The translations under genes were made by a program, and so were the position numbers. This document shows positions 14,105 through 28,923 of a DNA stretch of 64,000 nucleotides, one piece after another. The DNA comes from Trichinella spiralis. Lineage: Eukaryota. Every line of letters starts with the position of its first letter. Position 1 is the first letter of the stretch. The stretch is taken from assembly GCF_000181795.1 (NCBI RefSeq), contig NW_003526943.1, forward strand, positions 11,336,007 through 11,400,006, read 5' to 3'. The notes under the pieces are model-generated. The model was not told the DNA's origin. It saw only the letters and a list, made by a program, of their open reading frames with translations, and searched no databases.

Positions 14105-17100
14105 TCACCCAGTTTGTTTGTCATTCGGTTCAGTTCCAACGTCCGTTTTGTAATAGTTCTGTATCAGCCGCTCAGTCGAAGCATCGAACATACCAAATGA
14201 TTGCACACGTGGTCGTCTGTTGAATCGGCCAGCATCGTAAGTCAGTTCCATTTTGTATGAACCACCACATCCCGTCGGTAACAATTTTAAATTCAACAAA
14301 TTCAACTTTTCACACTCCCCTACCAGCGATGAGATCTCATTGTTGTCAACGGTACAATCCTGATGACAACTACTGCTCGTCTGCGCTTTACCTTCATCGG
14401 TACTGTCAGTAGTAATGGTGGTGGTGGTGGTGGTGGTAGTAGTGACAGTTTCTGATGCTGTTGCTGCAGATGTAGCAATTTCAGAATCAGCAGCTGTAGC
14501 AATTTCAGAATCATCAGCAGCAGCAACAGCAGCAAGAGCAGGATCAGGAGCAGGAGTAGGAATAGGAGTAGGAGTAGGAGTAGGAGCAGCAGCAGTAGCA
14601 GTAGGAGCAGCAGGAGCATCACCAGCAGCACCACTAGCAGCATTAGCAGCAGCAGCAGCGGTAGCTTTGGGAGCAGCCAATTTTAGAAACTTAAAAGCGC
14701 CAATATGATTTGCAATAAGATCTTTGTTCAATCGTGCTATGACATTTGGCACGGCTGGTGTGGCGGGATTTTCCGTCGGATTTGGATTCGTCGTCTCTTC
14801 TGCCGGGGAATTGGTGGTGATGCATTTGTCAGGGGAATTTTGATTGTCTTCCGTTTCAGAAATCGCAGTAAAGCTGCTACTACCACCACCACAGTTTTTC
14901 ACGTACGGATAATCGTGCAACAGCAGCAGCGATGATGAAGAAGATGAAGATGAAGAAGAAGCAGAAGAACAAGCTGAAACAGAAACGTCCAACAGACGAT
15001 TTTCTTCGTTGGAAAATATCGAGTCGACGTAGTGTACGACATCGTCGGATGGCGGTTTTGTGGACGTGAACTCGACTTCGGCTTTTTTCACATACCCTTC
15101 GCAGAGATTCAACAATTTCAGCCCGCGTTCAGTGTGCAGCAGATCTTGCGATTCGAACAAACTGCTCAGCCGGAACACGGACGCTTTGCACTTCATGCTG
15201 TACCAGAGACGGACCACTTCCTTCATCATCGACCCCGACGAACAGTCCAACACTATATAGCACTGATTGTTGCTGACCAAGGCGGCGCATCTGGACCTGT
15301 TCGACTGGGCCTGGCGGACAAAGTCCAACAAAGAAAGCAGCCGGTTGCAACAAAGACACCAAACACAGGGAGAATCGCGGTCGTTGAGAAACCTGTCGTT
15401 GTAAAGCCCACAGGGTCCACGGCAGCCGCGACGATTGTACACGGATATTGGAACGTAGGTGGTCGGCTTTACCCGGTGCTTCAACAGTAGCGGATCCGAC
15501 CGCTGCGCCGTCAAATTACCGCAACGTTCCAAGTTGTCCTGATCACAGCCCAAAGTCAAATCCTGAGTCAAGTCAACGCGAATGAGGTGCGTTGCTGAAA
15601 TTCCTGATGAACAATTTTTGGCCACGTTCGACAAATTATCACGATTCAGCAACTGTTGCTGCTGCTGTTGCTTGTTGGTTGGATGAACCTGCAGCTGATT
15701 ATGATTCGAAAATTGCTGTTGCTGTTGTTGTTGTTGTTGTTGTTGTTGTTGCTGCTGCTGCTGATGCTGAAACTGAAGTTGCTGGTATTGTTTAAAGTTT
15801 ATCAATTTACCAGAAGACGACAATGGCGAAGCGAGCGAAGAATTCAAATTTTGAACCGAATTATTATTATTATTATGATAATGATGAATCATCGTCTTCC
15901 GATCAGCGGCCGATGTTGGTGGTGCAGCGCCAGTTGCGCCGTTCATGCCTCCGCTGTATCCATTTTCAGCAGTACCGGTGTCGTTGTGCAATGCCATCCT
16001 GTGCGTGATGAACGATTGGAAAACTTTCATCCGCTTGGCGCGGGCTTCTCGTTCACTGGTAGTCAATGACGACGACGCTGTTTCGGATTTGTTGGTCGAA
16101 CTAGCGGCCCGTTTCCTGGGCCTGCCGGCGCCACGCCCGTTGGTCAGCGTACATTTCCTCTTGGGCAATGTCGCTTCGTAGTCGTCCTCTTCGTCCGCTT
16201 TGGAAGCCTTGGCATGGCGACGCGGTCGGCCGACCCCACGTCGGCGTCCCGTGCCGGCCGGCGTCGGACCCGAGGCGACGGTACTCTGATTGGTTCCGGT
16301 GGTCGACCGGCGCCGGCGCTTCTTCGGACAAGCGCTGGCCACGGACACGTCGCTGTCGTCCGCCGAAAAGCTTTCATCGAAGCTGCTGTCGCCCAACTCG
16401 CGCTGCAACGAATCCGGACAATTGTTACGGTCTTCACGTCCGCTTTTCAGTTCACTTTCTTCTCTGAAATACACACAATTCGATTGAAACAAGGCAATTC
16501 AAATTTCAAATATCACTGAAAAAATTCAAATCCAACGAGAAAAAACGCAAACCAAAAACAAAAATGCTACAACATTGCACAACTGAAGAAAACAATGATA
16601 ATTTTCATTATTTATCCAATCACAATATATTCTAATAATAATAATAATAATAATTTCTTCTTTTTCACATTATATCAAAACTTTCCATCTTTTTCAAACC
16701 GTCATAATAATCACTTGACGACAACTTGATAATAATCACTTCACAGTATTATTATTATTATTATCATTATCAATCACCATCAATCAATTCGATGGAAAGC
16801 ATTTATGAAAAAATAATAAGAAAAGAAAGCAGCAAACTCTCAACTCTACTCTCTCCCTCTTTGTGCCATTGTGCTGCTGCGTCACAGCCCCGTTTGAAAG
16901 AAAATAAATGCCGCCTCCATAATCTATCGTGTGACAACTCTGCATCATCACGTTACAAAACACACAACACCAAATAAACATGCAAATTTAGTGCAAAATT
17001 AATTGATCAATTAATTTTCCAATGACAAAACCCAATCGGTTGTTTTGCAAATGATTTGCCTGGTTCTGAGAAATTGTTAAAAAGTACAGTAAGTTAAGTA

Positions 17101-20100
17101 TAGAGTTAGTTGAACAACAACGCTCCATTACTGTTGTTATTATTATCATCATTGTCCCACCAGCAGAGAGCTGAGCAAGAAATACTTTTCCCATTCCCTC
17201 CCTAAATATGCAATCACTATATTTCCCTATGTGGTCGTAAAAAGCACATGTCAAGAAAATGAATAAATGAAATTATTGAAATGTCAACGCGCGTGGTGGA
17301 TGATTCATCATCAGTTTGCAATTGCAAAAGATAAATAAATGGAAAAGCATTCGAAGATTTTCAAAAAATTTTTTTTCAATAATTCATTCATTGCCACTTA
17401 TCAAGCTGCTTGCAACCAGCATGGGAAGAAACCAAAAAAAAAAGAAAAGAACCATTCACCAAAAAATGCCAGTATTACAATGTTTACTAAACTGGCTTGC
17501 AACTTTGGATAAAAATAAACAAATAAATAAATAGTAAATGAAGAAAATTTACGCCATTTACGGTAAAGTATGAAGAAGCAAGGCAAGTAAGCGAAAACTG
17601 GAACACACGCGAATGTGCGCGCGCGTATATACATGAAGATGATATGATGCACATTGGTGAAAAATGACTACTTTTTCACATTTTGCTTGCCTTCTCTCTC
17701 ATTCCTGCCACCAGGGGGGGGGGAAGAGAAAGCAGCAGAACACGCACGCATCAATAAGAAAAAGGTTTTCTTTTAATCGCTCGTTTTTTTTTGAAAGTGA
17801 AATGTTTGCATAAATAAAAAAATCAAATCAAATCAAATTAAAAAAAAGTCCACTTGCATAAATTAATTAATAATTGTTGAATAAATGAATTAAAGGAAAA
17901 AAAAAGAATTTCATAAATTGCAAAATGAAAAATTGTTTGTTCGAGTAAGAAGCAGTAGAATTGGCATGGAAAATGATCAAGCAGCCCAGCATGCAAGCAA
18001 GCATATAGCATAGTTAGTATGCAGTGGGATTGATCGATTTTTGTTTCAATTTTCCATTTTCCCTGCCAACGACGACGCTTGGTATAGAAAAATCTGCAAA
18101 CTGCACACAAAATGCTGGATGCCGTTGTCAAAGAAAATAGAAGAAAAACGTGCACAGTTAGCTAGCGAGCAAGCAAAAGAAAAGCAAGCAAGCAAGCTAG
18201 CTAGCTAGTTAAGCTACTAGCAGCAGCTTTCGTGACCGCTCTCGCTTGCTCTTAGAAACTCTCTCACTCACTCTCGCTTTCAGAAAGTAAATGACGAACA
18301 ATTCTGAAAGCAAGCAAATGTTGATTGCTTACGTCACCATCGATGATGCCTGCCTAGGCAAAACGTACACGCATGTACGTCTCTCTCTCTCTCTCTCTCC
18401 TCTCCCTGGGTTGTTCAGTTAACACAGGCGAGCATTAATTTCTTTCCTGATACGCTTTGTCAACTGTGTATACCGTGCGTACTAGTAGGAATATCATTTT
18501 TACTACCAAAGATACAATAAACAAATATAAATTAATAAAAACTTGGCATATCTACAACTAACATAAACTGAATGAATGAAATTCAAAATTGTATACAAAA
18601 TTTGAAAAAGAAGCGAATTTGAAGAAATTTACAATTTTTCTTCCAATAAATCCTAAATTATTATTACAACTATTTATGCAACTTTTCAACTCTGCCAAAC
18701 AACAACAACAACAATTCGTTGCTCTTTTAACCTGAGGAAATATTATATAACGCGCAAATGTTCGAGAACAGAACCGTTGGACAGAAAATCAGGTTAATCA
18801 CGCCAAGCAATAATTATTATTAATAATAATAATGCAATAATGCCCGCAAATATAAAATACAAATAAACATCATTCGTACACAGAGAGATGAATTTAATAA
18901 TAATAATAATAAGCACATTTTCCCAATGATAACAAGGAAACAAACATTCCTCCACTTTACAAACCACAACAACAACAACAACAGTGCGATGACAATCGAC
19001 GGGAAAAAACACCATCATCATCCCCCCCGAAAGCAACATGTGCTAACACAATTGTCGCTTTTTAATCAATCACAAATGCAAAAAATTTAAATTTAAACAT
19101 TGGATTAAAGCGAAAACAAACACATCAACAAAGTATTTAAATTTAAATAAGAAAAAAACAATCAACAAAAAACAAAAGTGATTCATTCATGTTGGAATGA
19201 TTTGTTGGGAAAAAAAATTTCTATCTGTGTTGCAGGTATGGTTTGCTTTTCTTCACCTTTTTCATTGTCAAAACTGACCGACCAGAGGAGAACCAGTTGA
19301 AATTTGGCAACCAGTTTTGGTATCTATTTTTGCGCTGCACATACGAACTACTACTACTACTGGTAGTATGTAGAAAGAAAGCTACCGGCTATTGCCAATA
19401 CTAGAGCAAGCACAGTGGCTAAAAACAATAGCACAGCGCAGGCCAGGAAAGAAATCTCACATCTTACCGGACGACCCGACCCGTCGGTCAGGCCATCAGA
19501 TCAAAAGAAACTAAGGCCACAGTTGACCATATATCACAGTCATTTTTTCTTATGTCATTGTCTGATATCGAGAAAAATTAATAAAACACACACACACACA
19601 CACAATAATTATAATTGTAAAATTATAAAAATTCTATTATTTGGGTAAGAAAAAATAAAAGATTGCCGACCAAACGTCGGATTTTGTATTATGCATGCAT
19701 AAAAGATAGATACACTGATAGATTGTTGGAGTGCGTTGGGAAAATTTGTCAAATGAAACAGCGAATAAATAAATTACTCGCTCCGGTTGACATTTCCAAA
19801 CAAACTGGCAACAATGAATGAATGCTACACACAAAAAGGTAAAACGAACGAGTTTTCACACACTGCACTGTAACAAAGCAACACACTACTAATAATAACA
19901 AACAAACAGTTCTGCTTCTTCTCATGTTTCATATCTCTCTCTCTCTCCACTCCGCCCCAATCCCCCCCCCTTCCCAAGACAAGCATACATAACGTGATGG
20001 AAAATTAATTCATTAAACTATAATTAAATCTTAGCAAATAAATAAATAAATAAATAAAACAGACTTGGCACGAGCGACGAGACGAGCCAGTTGATCCACT

Positions 20101-22155
20101 GGTATGACATGCAAACTGCTGCAGTGGTAGGATTTGGCGCAGACGACCAGACGGGCTTTTTCGTTGTTCGAACATTTCCGTATTGGGATGTGCAAGTCAG
20201 CGCACAGTTGCTTCAAATCGGACAAATGCCTGAGCTGAACGGTCGGCTCGTTCTTCAACAACACCAAACGCAGCACGTCGGCCAAGCGGACCGACTGGAC
20301 GCCGGCCACCAAAATGCTCGGCAAACGGACATTGTCAATTTCCACGTACACAATATCCGAACAATCCGACCGGCGCGTCCTTATCCCACTGCTCAATTCG
20401 CCCGACTTGAAAAATTTGCATAATTAAACAAACAAACAAACAAACAATCGGAATAACAACGACGACGTTACCTGATTTTCCGACGCTCGAATCACTTTCT
20501 CTTGTCGAAGTGGAGCCCCTTCGGCAGTGGACAGTCTTATGCAACGGACGAAGCCGTCTTTACGAGCGTAATTCTTGATCAACAGCTCGTTGACTTGATC
20601 CACCGAAAGCAGTTCAAATTCTTCCGGCATGCCGAACTGGTTGATAACCATCGACGTGGCGGTTTTCACGTTGTTTTCATCCAGTATAACCTGCGAAAAA
20701 TATTTATTTCATTTCATATTTTTGTTGCTGACAAAAATTATCATCAATCAACCAAGTTAATATATAAGATATATATATATGTATATACTTTAAATTCATC
20801 CCAATGACGACTGGCAAAAAACGACCGGAAGACGTCGGAAACGCGCACATATACTTCGGGAGATGAGCCGATCGAGTGGGCTGAGAATTTCATTCCCGAG
20901 ATGACGACCACATTGGAATCCGCCGTCGTCGCACCGTCCGACGCCAGATCCGACGCCAACGCAGACCACGGCGACGCTAGAGCTGGTTCCACATTTGAAT
21001 AGGCCATTTTATCCACAAACGGCGACTGTTGTGCATTTTTAACGTGAGGTAGTAGTGGTGACTGTTGCTGATGCTGTCCAACAATATCACCATCATCCAC
21101 CGAAGATTGCAAAAGACTAGCCAAAATACTGCAAGGACCATTCCGTTGACTGCCGAAATTATTAAAACCAAAGTGGTCCAATGGTGCAGGCGATGCCTGA
21201 GCGTTCAACGATTCACCGTCTATTTGAAATTAACAAACAATACGCTATTGTTTTTTTTTCAAACAAATGATGATGATGATGATAATGATGGTATTCAAAA
21301 ATAAAAAAATGGTACTTACCATAAGGGCGACAAATCATTTCCTTGAGCAAAGTTTTCACGTCTGTCGACGACAGAACTGGCATCAAAGCGGAATCGTCGT
21401 CCAGAATAGCAGCAGTCGCGTCGTCGTCGTCGTGATTGTTGCTATTGTCATTCGGATGCCCTTCTGTTTCAAAATTCAACACTGAATGGCCAACGACACT
21501 TGCTAAACTACCGTTCAAATTCCCACATCCGTCCGCTTGGCAATAATTCGAACTGGGCATGGATGAAAAAGCACTAATATGCCGTGCATCCCGTAATACG
21601 GAACCGTTTTGAATCGCGGACGACGAGCAAACACCCATGCTCATGTCCGACAATGGTCGACTGGGACCCAAATGGCCACCAGTCAGAGAAGGGTCACTGG
21701 AAATTAGGTTCGTCGCCGAAGGCTCAAACGGCTCCTTCAAATCGCGAACAATTTCACTCAAGTGGTGACGCCCTTCCAAATTGAACGAGTCCAGTAGCTG
21801 ATTTCCCACCGGCTGTGGCGGTGGCAACGGTGGAAACGGATGTGACTGGGGCGGCGGCGGCCGCGTGTAACCACTTTCCACACTTTCGTGTTTCACTTCA
21901 CTGTCATTCATATTCATCTATTAAAAAAATTTTTTTTAATATGAAAAAATTTATTTAAACATTTACTCATTTATTTTTATTTATATATTTATTTATATGT
22001 ACGCACATATATTCACTCCTGACAATAATGTGCTTTTAAAAAATTTAAAAAAATAAAACAAAAAACAATTGTCCCAAGGTCGAAAAAGTCGACCAATGAA
22101 AGCTTACCGTATGAAGACATAGTACATTCGGAGCGGTATAAACGTCAAACATCAT
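14105..22155 (-). CDS. Ski/Sno-family transcriptional corepressor (DHD + SAND-like domain), 6 predicted exons
   Basis: Exons 22155-22108 (tentative), 21917-21320, 21219-20789, 20690-20472, 20405-20065, 16463-14105, all phase-compatible. Exon 5 resembles the Ski/Dach DHD (IDNVRLPSILVAGVQSVRLADVLRLVL...LKQLCADLHIPIRKCS...LARLV). The last exon has a c-Ski SMAD4-binding SAND-like motif (VYNRRGCRGPCGLY...SPCVWCLCCNRLLSLLDFV), two GRPR AT-hook-like motifs, polyQ and Ala/Pro/Thr tracts. Confidence 0.72.
14414..14660 (-). repeat. Coding trinucleotide repeats (poly-Thr, Pro-Thr, poly-Ala) in the Ski-like last exon
   Basis: (GGT)n, (GGAGTA)n and (GCA)n tracts on the + strand; includes a duplicated ADSEIAT unit. 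Confidence 0.9.
15651..15765 (-). repeat. CAG/CAA polyglutamine tracts in the Ski-like gene
   Basis: (TGT)n/(TGC)n on the + strand, encoding a long Q run and a shorter Q run. Confidence 0.95.
18379..18400. repeat. (CT)n/(GA)n microsatellite in the 3.6-kb Ski-like intron
   Basis: Direct reading. Additional CT, CA and GCTA/GCAA tracts lie at ~18160-18280, ~19586-19603 and ~19934-19947. Confidence 0.8.
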
Positions 22156-25100
22156 ACGTGCACTTTTCCATAACAGCTAAAAGTTAGTTCTGAAGATTCA
22201 AGGAAACGCAAGATTCCATTAGGCAGTTTCCTTTGTTAAATGAACGCCTGCGTTTGCTTACGAACAGACCGCGCGCATCGCAACGCGCGAGCAAAATCAG
22301 CCAAACAGAAACACAGGGTCAGTATTGACAAAAACTGACGTTTTATACAGTATACCATTACGAACAACAGGTTCATTTGTACTCATTTCGGTGACCAATA
22401 ACTGAAATATAGTAGTTGATTTTTGCCCGACTATTTGACAATTAATTTTTTTCAAATTTAATTTTAAAAATATTATACATCTTTTATACAAAAAATCCAA
22501 CTTCAACAAGCCAGCAGAGTCCGAAATAAATCCATTCTATTTATTACAAATATAAAGCGCACCATTATCGTTGTTCACGTTCATAGTTATTCGAATCAAA
22601 AAATAATTATTAATAAATAAAATTATTTATTTCATTTAGAACATTTAAAAGTTTCAAAAACTGTACAACTACAAAAGTACAACATTTGTAAAAATCATCC
22701 ATTAAAATACCAAGTGAAAAATGTAAAATACACTTAAATTCACTCAAAATTTTCACCTACACTACTCTGCCTTCACTGTAACAGCCCTAATAATACAATT
22801 CATAATGAAAATGAATGTATAATTATTTATCCATAAACAATTCAAATAAAAATATAATACATGAAAAATATCTTATAGAATAATATTTTCTATTTTAATT
22901 TTAAAAAATAAACATAATTTAAGATAAATAAATAAAAGTATAATATCGCATTAAAAATGTAAACTATCGATTACATGCAATACGACAGCACGAAAAAGTA
23001 AATGTAAATAAATTCACTCAAAATAAAAAAATTTATTATTTTCAAATCATGAAATATAAATCCATTCGATGAATCAACGGCGATAAGAATCTGTTTACTA
23101 CAAAAGTCATAAAATAATCAAAGACACTTTAATTTCAGCATACTGTAAATCACAATGCAACATTGCGTTATTTAAAGACTGGTTGCATGAATTTACAAAT
23201 TAAAATGGCAAGTCAACTTGCAGAACGGTAGTTTCAAAAATTATTTATAAAACACGAGAAAAACGGAAAAGCCAACAGTAAATGTCAAACTTGGTTAAGT
23301 TTTCATTGTTATCAAAGAAAAACGACCGTGATTTGCGATTTATGCACGGTTTGAATACATGAACAAAAATCCTGTACACGGTTTAAAAGATATCGTTGGT
23401 ATGTGCGGAGTTCATCAGCTATTCATTGTAACCAAGGTTGATTATACATGTGCGTAAAGCAAAGTATATTCATTTTACAATAAAAGTGAAAAAAAATATT
23501 TAGTTATAAAATATTGGAAATAATCGCTTCTTTCTGCTCTCAGTTTTCGCTTATTTCCACTTCTTGAAATCTCATTATATGATATATAAAGTAAAAAAAT
23601 TTTTTTTGTAAATGTTTTCAAAGCTTACTTAATTAGATTACATTTTTGTTTCTTTTTTTTATTACTGTCAGATGATTCAATGCATTATGCATTCTGATGA
23701 AGACAGCAAAAGTTTTACTATTAAACAGATTGGTGTATTGCAAAGTTAGGCGATCGGTATTCCTTTAACCAAATGCATCATTCTTTCAATATTTTAAAGA
23801 CATGAAGATATATCTTTTTCAATTTCTACTTTCTAAAAGTATTTTCTCTAGTATTCAAATTGAAACTGTTTTCCCATCATTTTATACATCAGAAGCGAAA
23901 ACATTTTCTGAAAATGACTTTAGAGACTGTCTATCAAAATACTAACTTCAATGTCCATCGCTGACTTGCAAAAGTTGAACATATTAAAATGCAACCTTTG
24001 AGAAACGCTTTGCATTTTTCCACAAAAACCATTCTGTGATGAGAATATTCAAACATACCGGAATTACCGTTCAATCCAACTCTCAATTACGATACTTTTT
24101 CAGTATGTTAAAAATTGTATGAGGTATTCATTAGCATGAAGCATTGATTTTAACTTTCATTTTCTAATATTGATTTCGTCGACGCCAGCTAAATGTGAAA
24201 GATTTCAGAAATTTCATCACTGGCGATCATTTTCAAACAGATTTGTTTAAATCAGGGAATAAAATTGAAATTAATTAAACGGGAAAATTTAGTTTACACC
24301 ATCTTTGGTTGAATTTCTCATACTTTAATGCAAACTAACGATTCCGAAGAAAAAAAAATATTTACATTTACAGTAGAAATAGAATAGAAAAAACAGAATG
24401 AGGACATTTCCTCTAAAATAAATTTCAAAACATATTGTGTTAACCTAAAAGCTTAATTTTTACCATGATTAAATGATTAACTAACTACTTGGATTTTCAT
24501 TTCATTATTCAATTCACTGTAGGATTCATATAAGTTGATCACATGATGTATTCGTACAACTAAGCTCGAGTGACAGTAGTGTACTGTAAATTTTTTTTTG
24601 GAAACTTATTGAAGTTAACAAAATTAACTCTTTGAAATGAAAATCGTAAGTTTTGTAAAGATACGTTACATTTCAGAAACGATGAATGAAACAAAAATGG
24701 AGAAGGAAAATTGAAGCGGAAATGAAAAAATGTTTTCCTATAGGGAAACCTACTTTGACATCCCTCTGCGCATTTGCTTAGTAAAAAATGTTTTCAGTTT
24801 GAATCTATATCATATAATTAAAGTTAAATTATTTAAAAGTACATGAATAAATAATATATACATATATTATATGTACATGAATATGAACGACTCTAAAGTG
24901 ATTACTTTTTGTGTGTAGGAACAATTTTCAGTTTACTCGTTGATAAAAGATTGTGATATATCATGGTTGACTTAAAATATTTATCTATTTAAAAATGTTC
25001 TAACCATTTTAATATCTAGAATAATTTATCTTTGGAAAAATTTAGCGTAATCACATAATCTTAATGTATTATTACGAGAAAGTTTAAAGCATGCAAGCAC

Positions 25101-28100
25101 CAAAAACTTCATCTGGCATAATTTAATATACGCGCAAGTGCACTTTCACTAGAATATTAAATAATTTGCTTGTTCACATTGAAAAACTGTACTATTATTA
25201 TTATTATAATTATAAAACGTCAGTTTAGACAACAAATATAAACGAATAAAGATTAAATTGTATGAAATGCGATTGCACTCACCATTGTCAAAGTTGGTAA
25301 AAAGAGTATGACATCGCATTGTGGTTGGAAAGATGAATTCTTTGAATTATTAGGCTACAAATGCACTCGTGCATATTTCGTCGATGTTGAAGCAATGTTA
25401 CATCAACAGCAGTTGCTTTCAAGATGGAAAACATGGAAATAAATCTTGACGAACTGAAGTACAAGGAAAACAGTTTTCACTGTGAATAATTTTTTCAAGT
25501 GACTTTTTCAAGATTTCCATTGAAAATGTATAATTCTTTATTATAAACACAAGATGTACATTTTTAGAGAATTGCTATTTAGTAAAATTTTTCATGGCAG
25601 TCGCAGCAGAGCACACGGTCCACGATTTAGGTTGACATGATATTACAGTAAGCACGAAGTGAATCAAGTTGGAAGCTGTTGAGAAGCTTTTACGGCTGTT
25701 TCTGAAAATATTTAACCTCTTTGAAATATAATTAATAAGGCAGTATTACAAACCGATTTATTTTTTCTACTGAAACAAATTTTTTCTATCCTTCTGTTGT
25801 TAAATAAAAGTAACACATGAGACCTTTAATAACAGGAGGTTGAGCATGAAATGTAGTATTTGCATTGGAACATGAACTATTTTTTCAATTTTATCCTTTT
25901 TTAGAAGTGAAATATGAAATATAATTGAGTAAGTAAAAAAATTAGCAAACATGTGTGAATAATTTGTCAAGCATTTATCAGTGAAGCATCAGGGGCAAGC
26001 AGTAGATATTTTCAAATTAAAGTATGAATGACAGTACGATTCAATTTTTAATTTTTGCTATACAATTCTGCATTTTTTAAACTAATAATGTTGTTTTACA
26101 ACTATACATTGAAACACTTATTTCACAAAATTATTCAGTTGTTTGATTAGATGTTTTAACTTATGATATAGTGAAAAAGTAAAATCTTAAATGAATAACA
26201 TTCACTCGCAGAAACTGATTCAGTATTTGTTCACTGAAATGAGATTTATACACCCTACTCAGCATAGTGCATAAATTTTCTCATTTCTCAAAAACTTTAT
26301 TTAAATATTGGCCGTTGAAAATATATTGTACATTTGTCCATTTATGATATATTTTCCTATTTTTAAATTAAACAGTTCAAAAATGAATCATATATTGCAT
26401 TTTGCATTGCATCAATCGATATATACTTTTTTCAAGTTAGATAAAAATTACAAATAAAAATTTATTTGAAAAAATTATCAAAGAAATTTATACTTATATT
26501 AATTCATTTTTTTCCATTATTTATCATTTTTTGCGAATATACAAGCTGAAAAATTATGAAGAATAATAACATTTATGTACAGTATGAATTGAGCAACTTA
26601 AGTTACACGAAATAAAAAGAGCAAGAATAAGTTAATTTATTGTAAAAGGGATTTTAAGTTTTGGCAATAGATTAAAATATACCTAAATAATATTTTACAT
26701 TATGAAATTACAGTTTATTTTACACGGAAATGGCGATTTCTTGCTTACTGTAATGGGTATTTTGGAAATGTTTTTGGTATTCATTTTTCATTAAATTTGG
26801 CGAAACATAAATTCAGAATTTTTATATAAGTATTTGAAAAATATGACTATATTTGTTTTTATATAATGATTTTTGTTTTAATCATTTCTATTTTGTTCGA
26901 CGGAACATTTTCTTGATATATAAATTTTTGAAATATGCATTTTCTTGAACTAATAAATGCAATGATTAAAAGTTTACAAATGCACATTTGTCACAAGTTG
27001 ATAACGAGTAATTTTATCTCAGGTTCCCCAGGACGCTTATAAGTGAAAAGTTGAGCACAGTGTCATGAATAACTTCGAAAGAAAAGTACTAGGAAACAAG
27101 GAAAACAACTACAAACGCTTGAAGAAAATTTAATGAAAAAAAAACAGTCAGTCTTTGAAAATCTTTTCCATTTCGTGAAATGAATATGAGCTATTTGATT
27201 TGTAAATAAGCATAATATAGAAAATATTAGACTGCAATTATTGAATGATGCTGCAATTTTTGGATAAAAAATGTACTGAATAATTTTCCAGCTTTGAATA
27301 TAAAGCTACATGATTAAGTTAGACGTTGAGCAAGAAGAGTCAATTATGAGAAAAACGTTTACAGTGCAAAAATTGATCGTACCATTATTGTAAATTTAAG
27401 TTTTAATAATATTTCAATTGTAAGAGTTAGTAAATAATTTCATCCTAGTCAAACAGATTTCATTTGAAATTATCGTGGATGATTATTTTTTGCACAAAGT
27501 AATATTTCAAATACAAAATCAACGAGATTTATCAAAAAGAAAGTAATATATGACTGATGATAAATGTATAAAGTAAAATCTGAAAATGGTGTATTTGAAA
27601 GTTTTACACAGTTGCATAAAGTTTTTGAAGTCATTTTAATCAAAAAAAGATATTTGAAATATCTATTTCCCAGTAAAAAAGTTCAGATTCAATGTAAATT
27701 ATTTCAATTTGGAAATTGTCCAACAAGTGATATATATGCCCTTGAAAAGCATTTTATCAAATCAAAAATTTACACTCGTTTAATGATTGATTTATTTGCA
27801 TAGATAAAATGCAAATTTGCAGTTAATAAATGAAAAATACAGGCAAATTATAGAAAGGTTTTACTTGTTTATGCAAAAAAAGCCCATAATTAAAAAAAAC
27901 GATAACTAGATGCATTTGACTGAGATTCATTTTCAAAATTGATTTATGCGATGATGTTTAATATAAAAGAAAAAATACTTTTTAAAGATGCAATATTTTG
28001 TAGTGATTTAAAGAAATGAGATTAAAATTGAAATCCGTATTTCAAAATTAAATTGGCATTCTTTTGTGACGTCTAAGCAATGCACCGATTTGCATATAAT

Positions 28101-28923
28101 TGTAATCCTATTCAATTTTTCCATGTTTGGATCATCATTTTTATTACATCTTTTGCAATTTCTGCGCACAATTTTTTCGTTTTGATGCAAATTTGATCAT
28201 TTGAATATTCAGAAGAAGAAACCAATAATTCAGGCAACCTTGAATGTAGACTCTTTATAGTTGTTATTAATGATTATTATTATTATCATTATTAAAAATT
28301 AAAAATTGCAAATGAAAAAGGACAACTTTTCTCAGTAAGTAATCTTGTTCAACGCTGAAAGAGGATTGATCGACAATCGGTTTACTGTATGTAAATCAAT
28401 GATTTCCAACCAACTCTTCTTCCCACACTCGGCAGCAGTTGAGAACTTGAAATCAATAATCAACCAGCTTTGGCTATATTGTCATGATTATTATTCAATT
28501 CATATTCACTTTCAGCAACACTATACAAGTCAAATCTTCACTTACGACGACATTTCCACTCGAAAATTCTCTTCCTCATTCAATTCCACTACTCCTATCA
28601 TCACTCCTACTTATCCAGCAATATTTGGATTAAACAAACCAACAAACAAACAATATTTTTTACTTGTTACAAAAAAAATAGATAAAATGGAATAAAAAAC
28701 AAAAAAATGACTAGAAGAAGAATTGAAGCGCCGCGCAAAAAAAGGGCAGCAGAAAGTAGTAGCGTTTGTTGGTTGTCATTTTTTTCATAATAATAATTAA
28801 AAAAAAATAACAAGACGACAATCATCTGACAAAAAATAAGTAATAATAAAAGATTAATAAGGTGAAAAGAGAATGATAAACTGAAAGGGAACTATATTTG
28901 TTGCTTCTGTTGATGTTAGGAGT

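Noticed and set aside
14320..16519. Poly-Leu/Val/Ala ORFs overlapping the Ski-like last exon
   Set aside because: Alternate-frame or antisense readings of coding trinucleotide repeats.
22108..22120. ATGTCTTCATACG as first coding exon of the Ski-like gene
   Set aside because: Phase 1 gives MSSYDEYE* after splicing; the in-frame ATG at 22155 (or 21917) fits instead. It could be a short out-of-frame ORF.
22300..28900. 6.6-kb gene-poor interval
   Set aside because: No supportable exon, RNA gene or repeat structure seen; short ORFs lack motifs.
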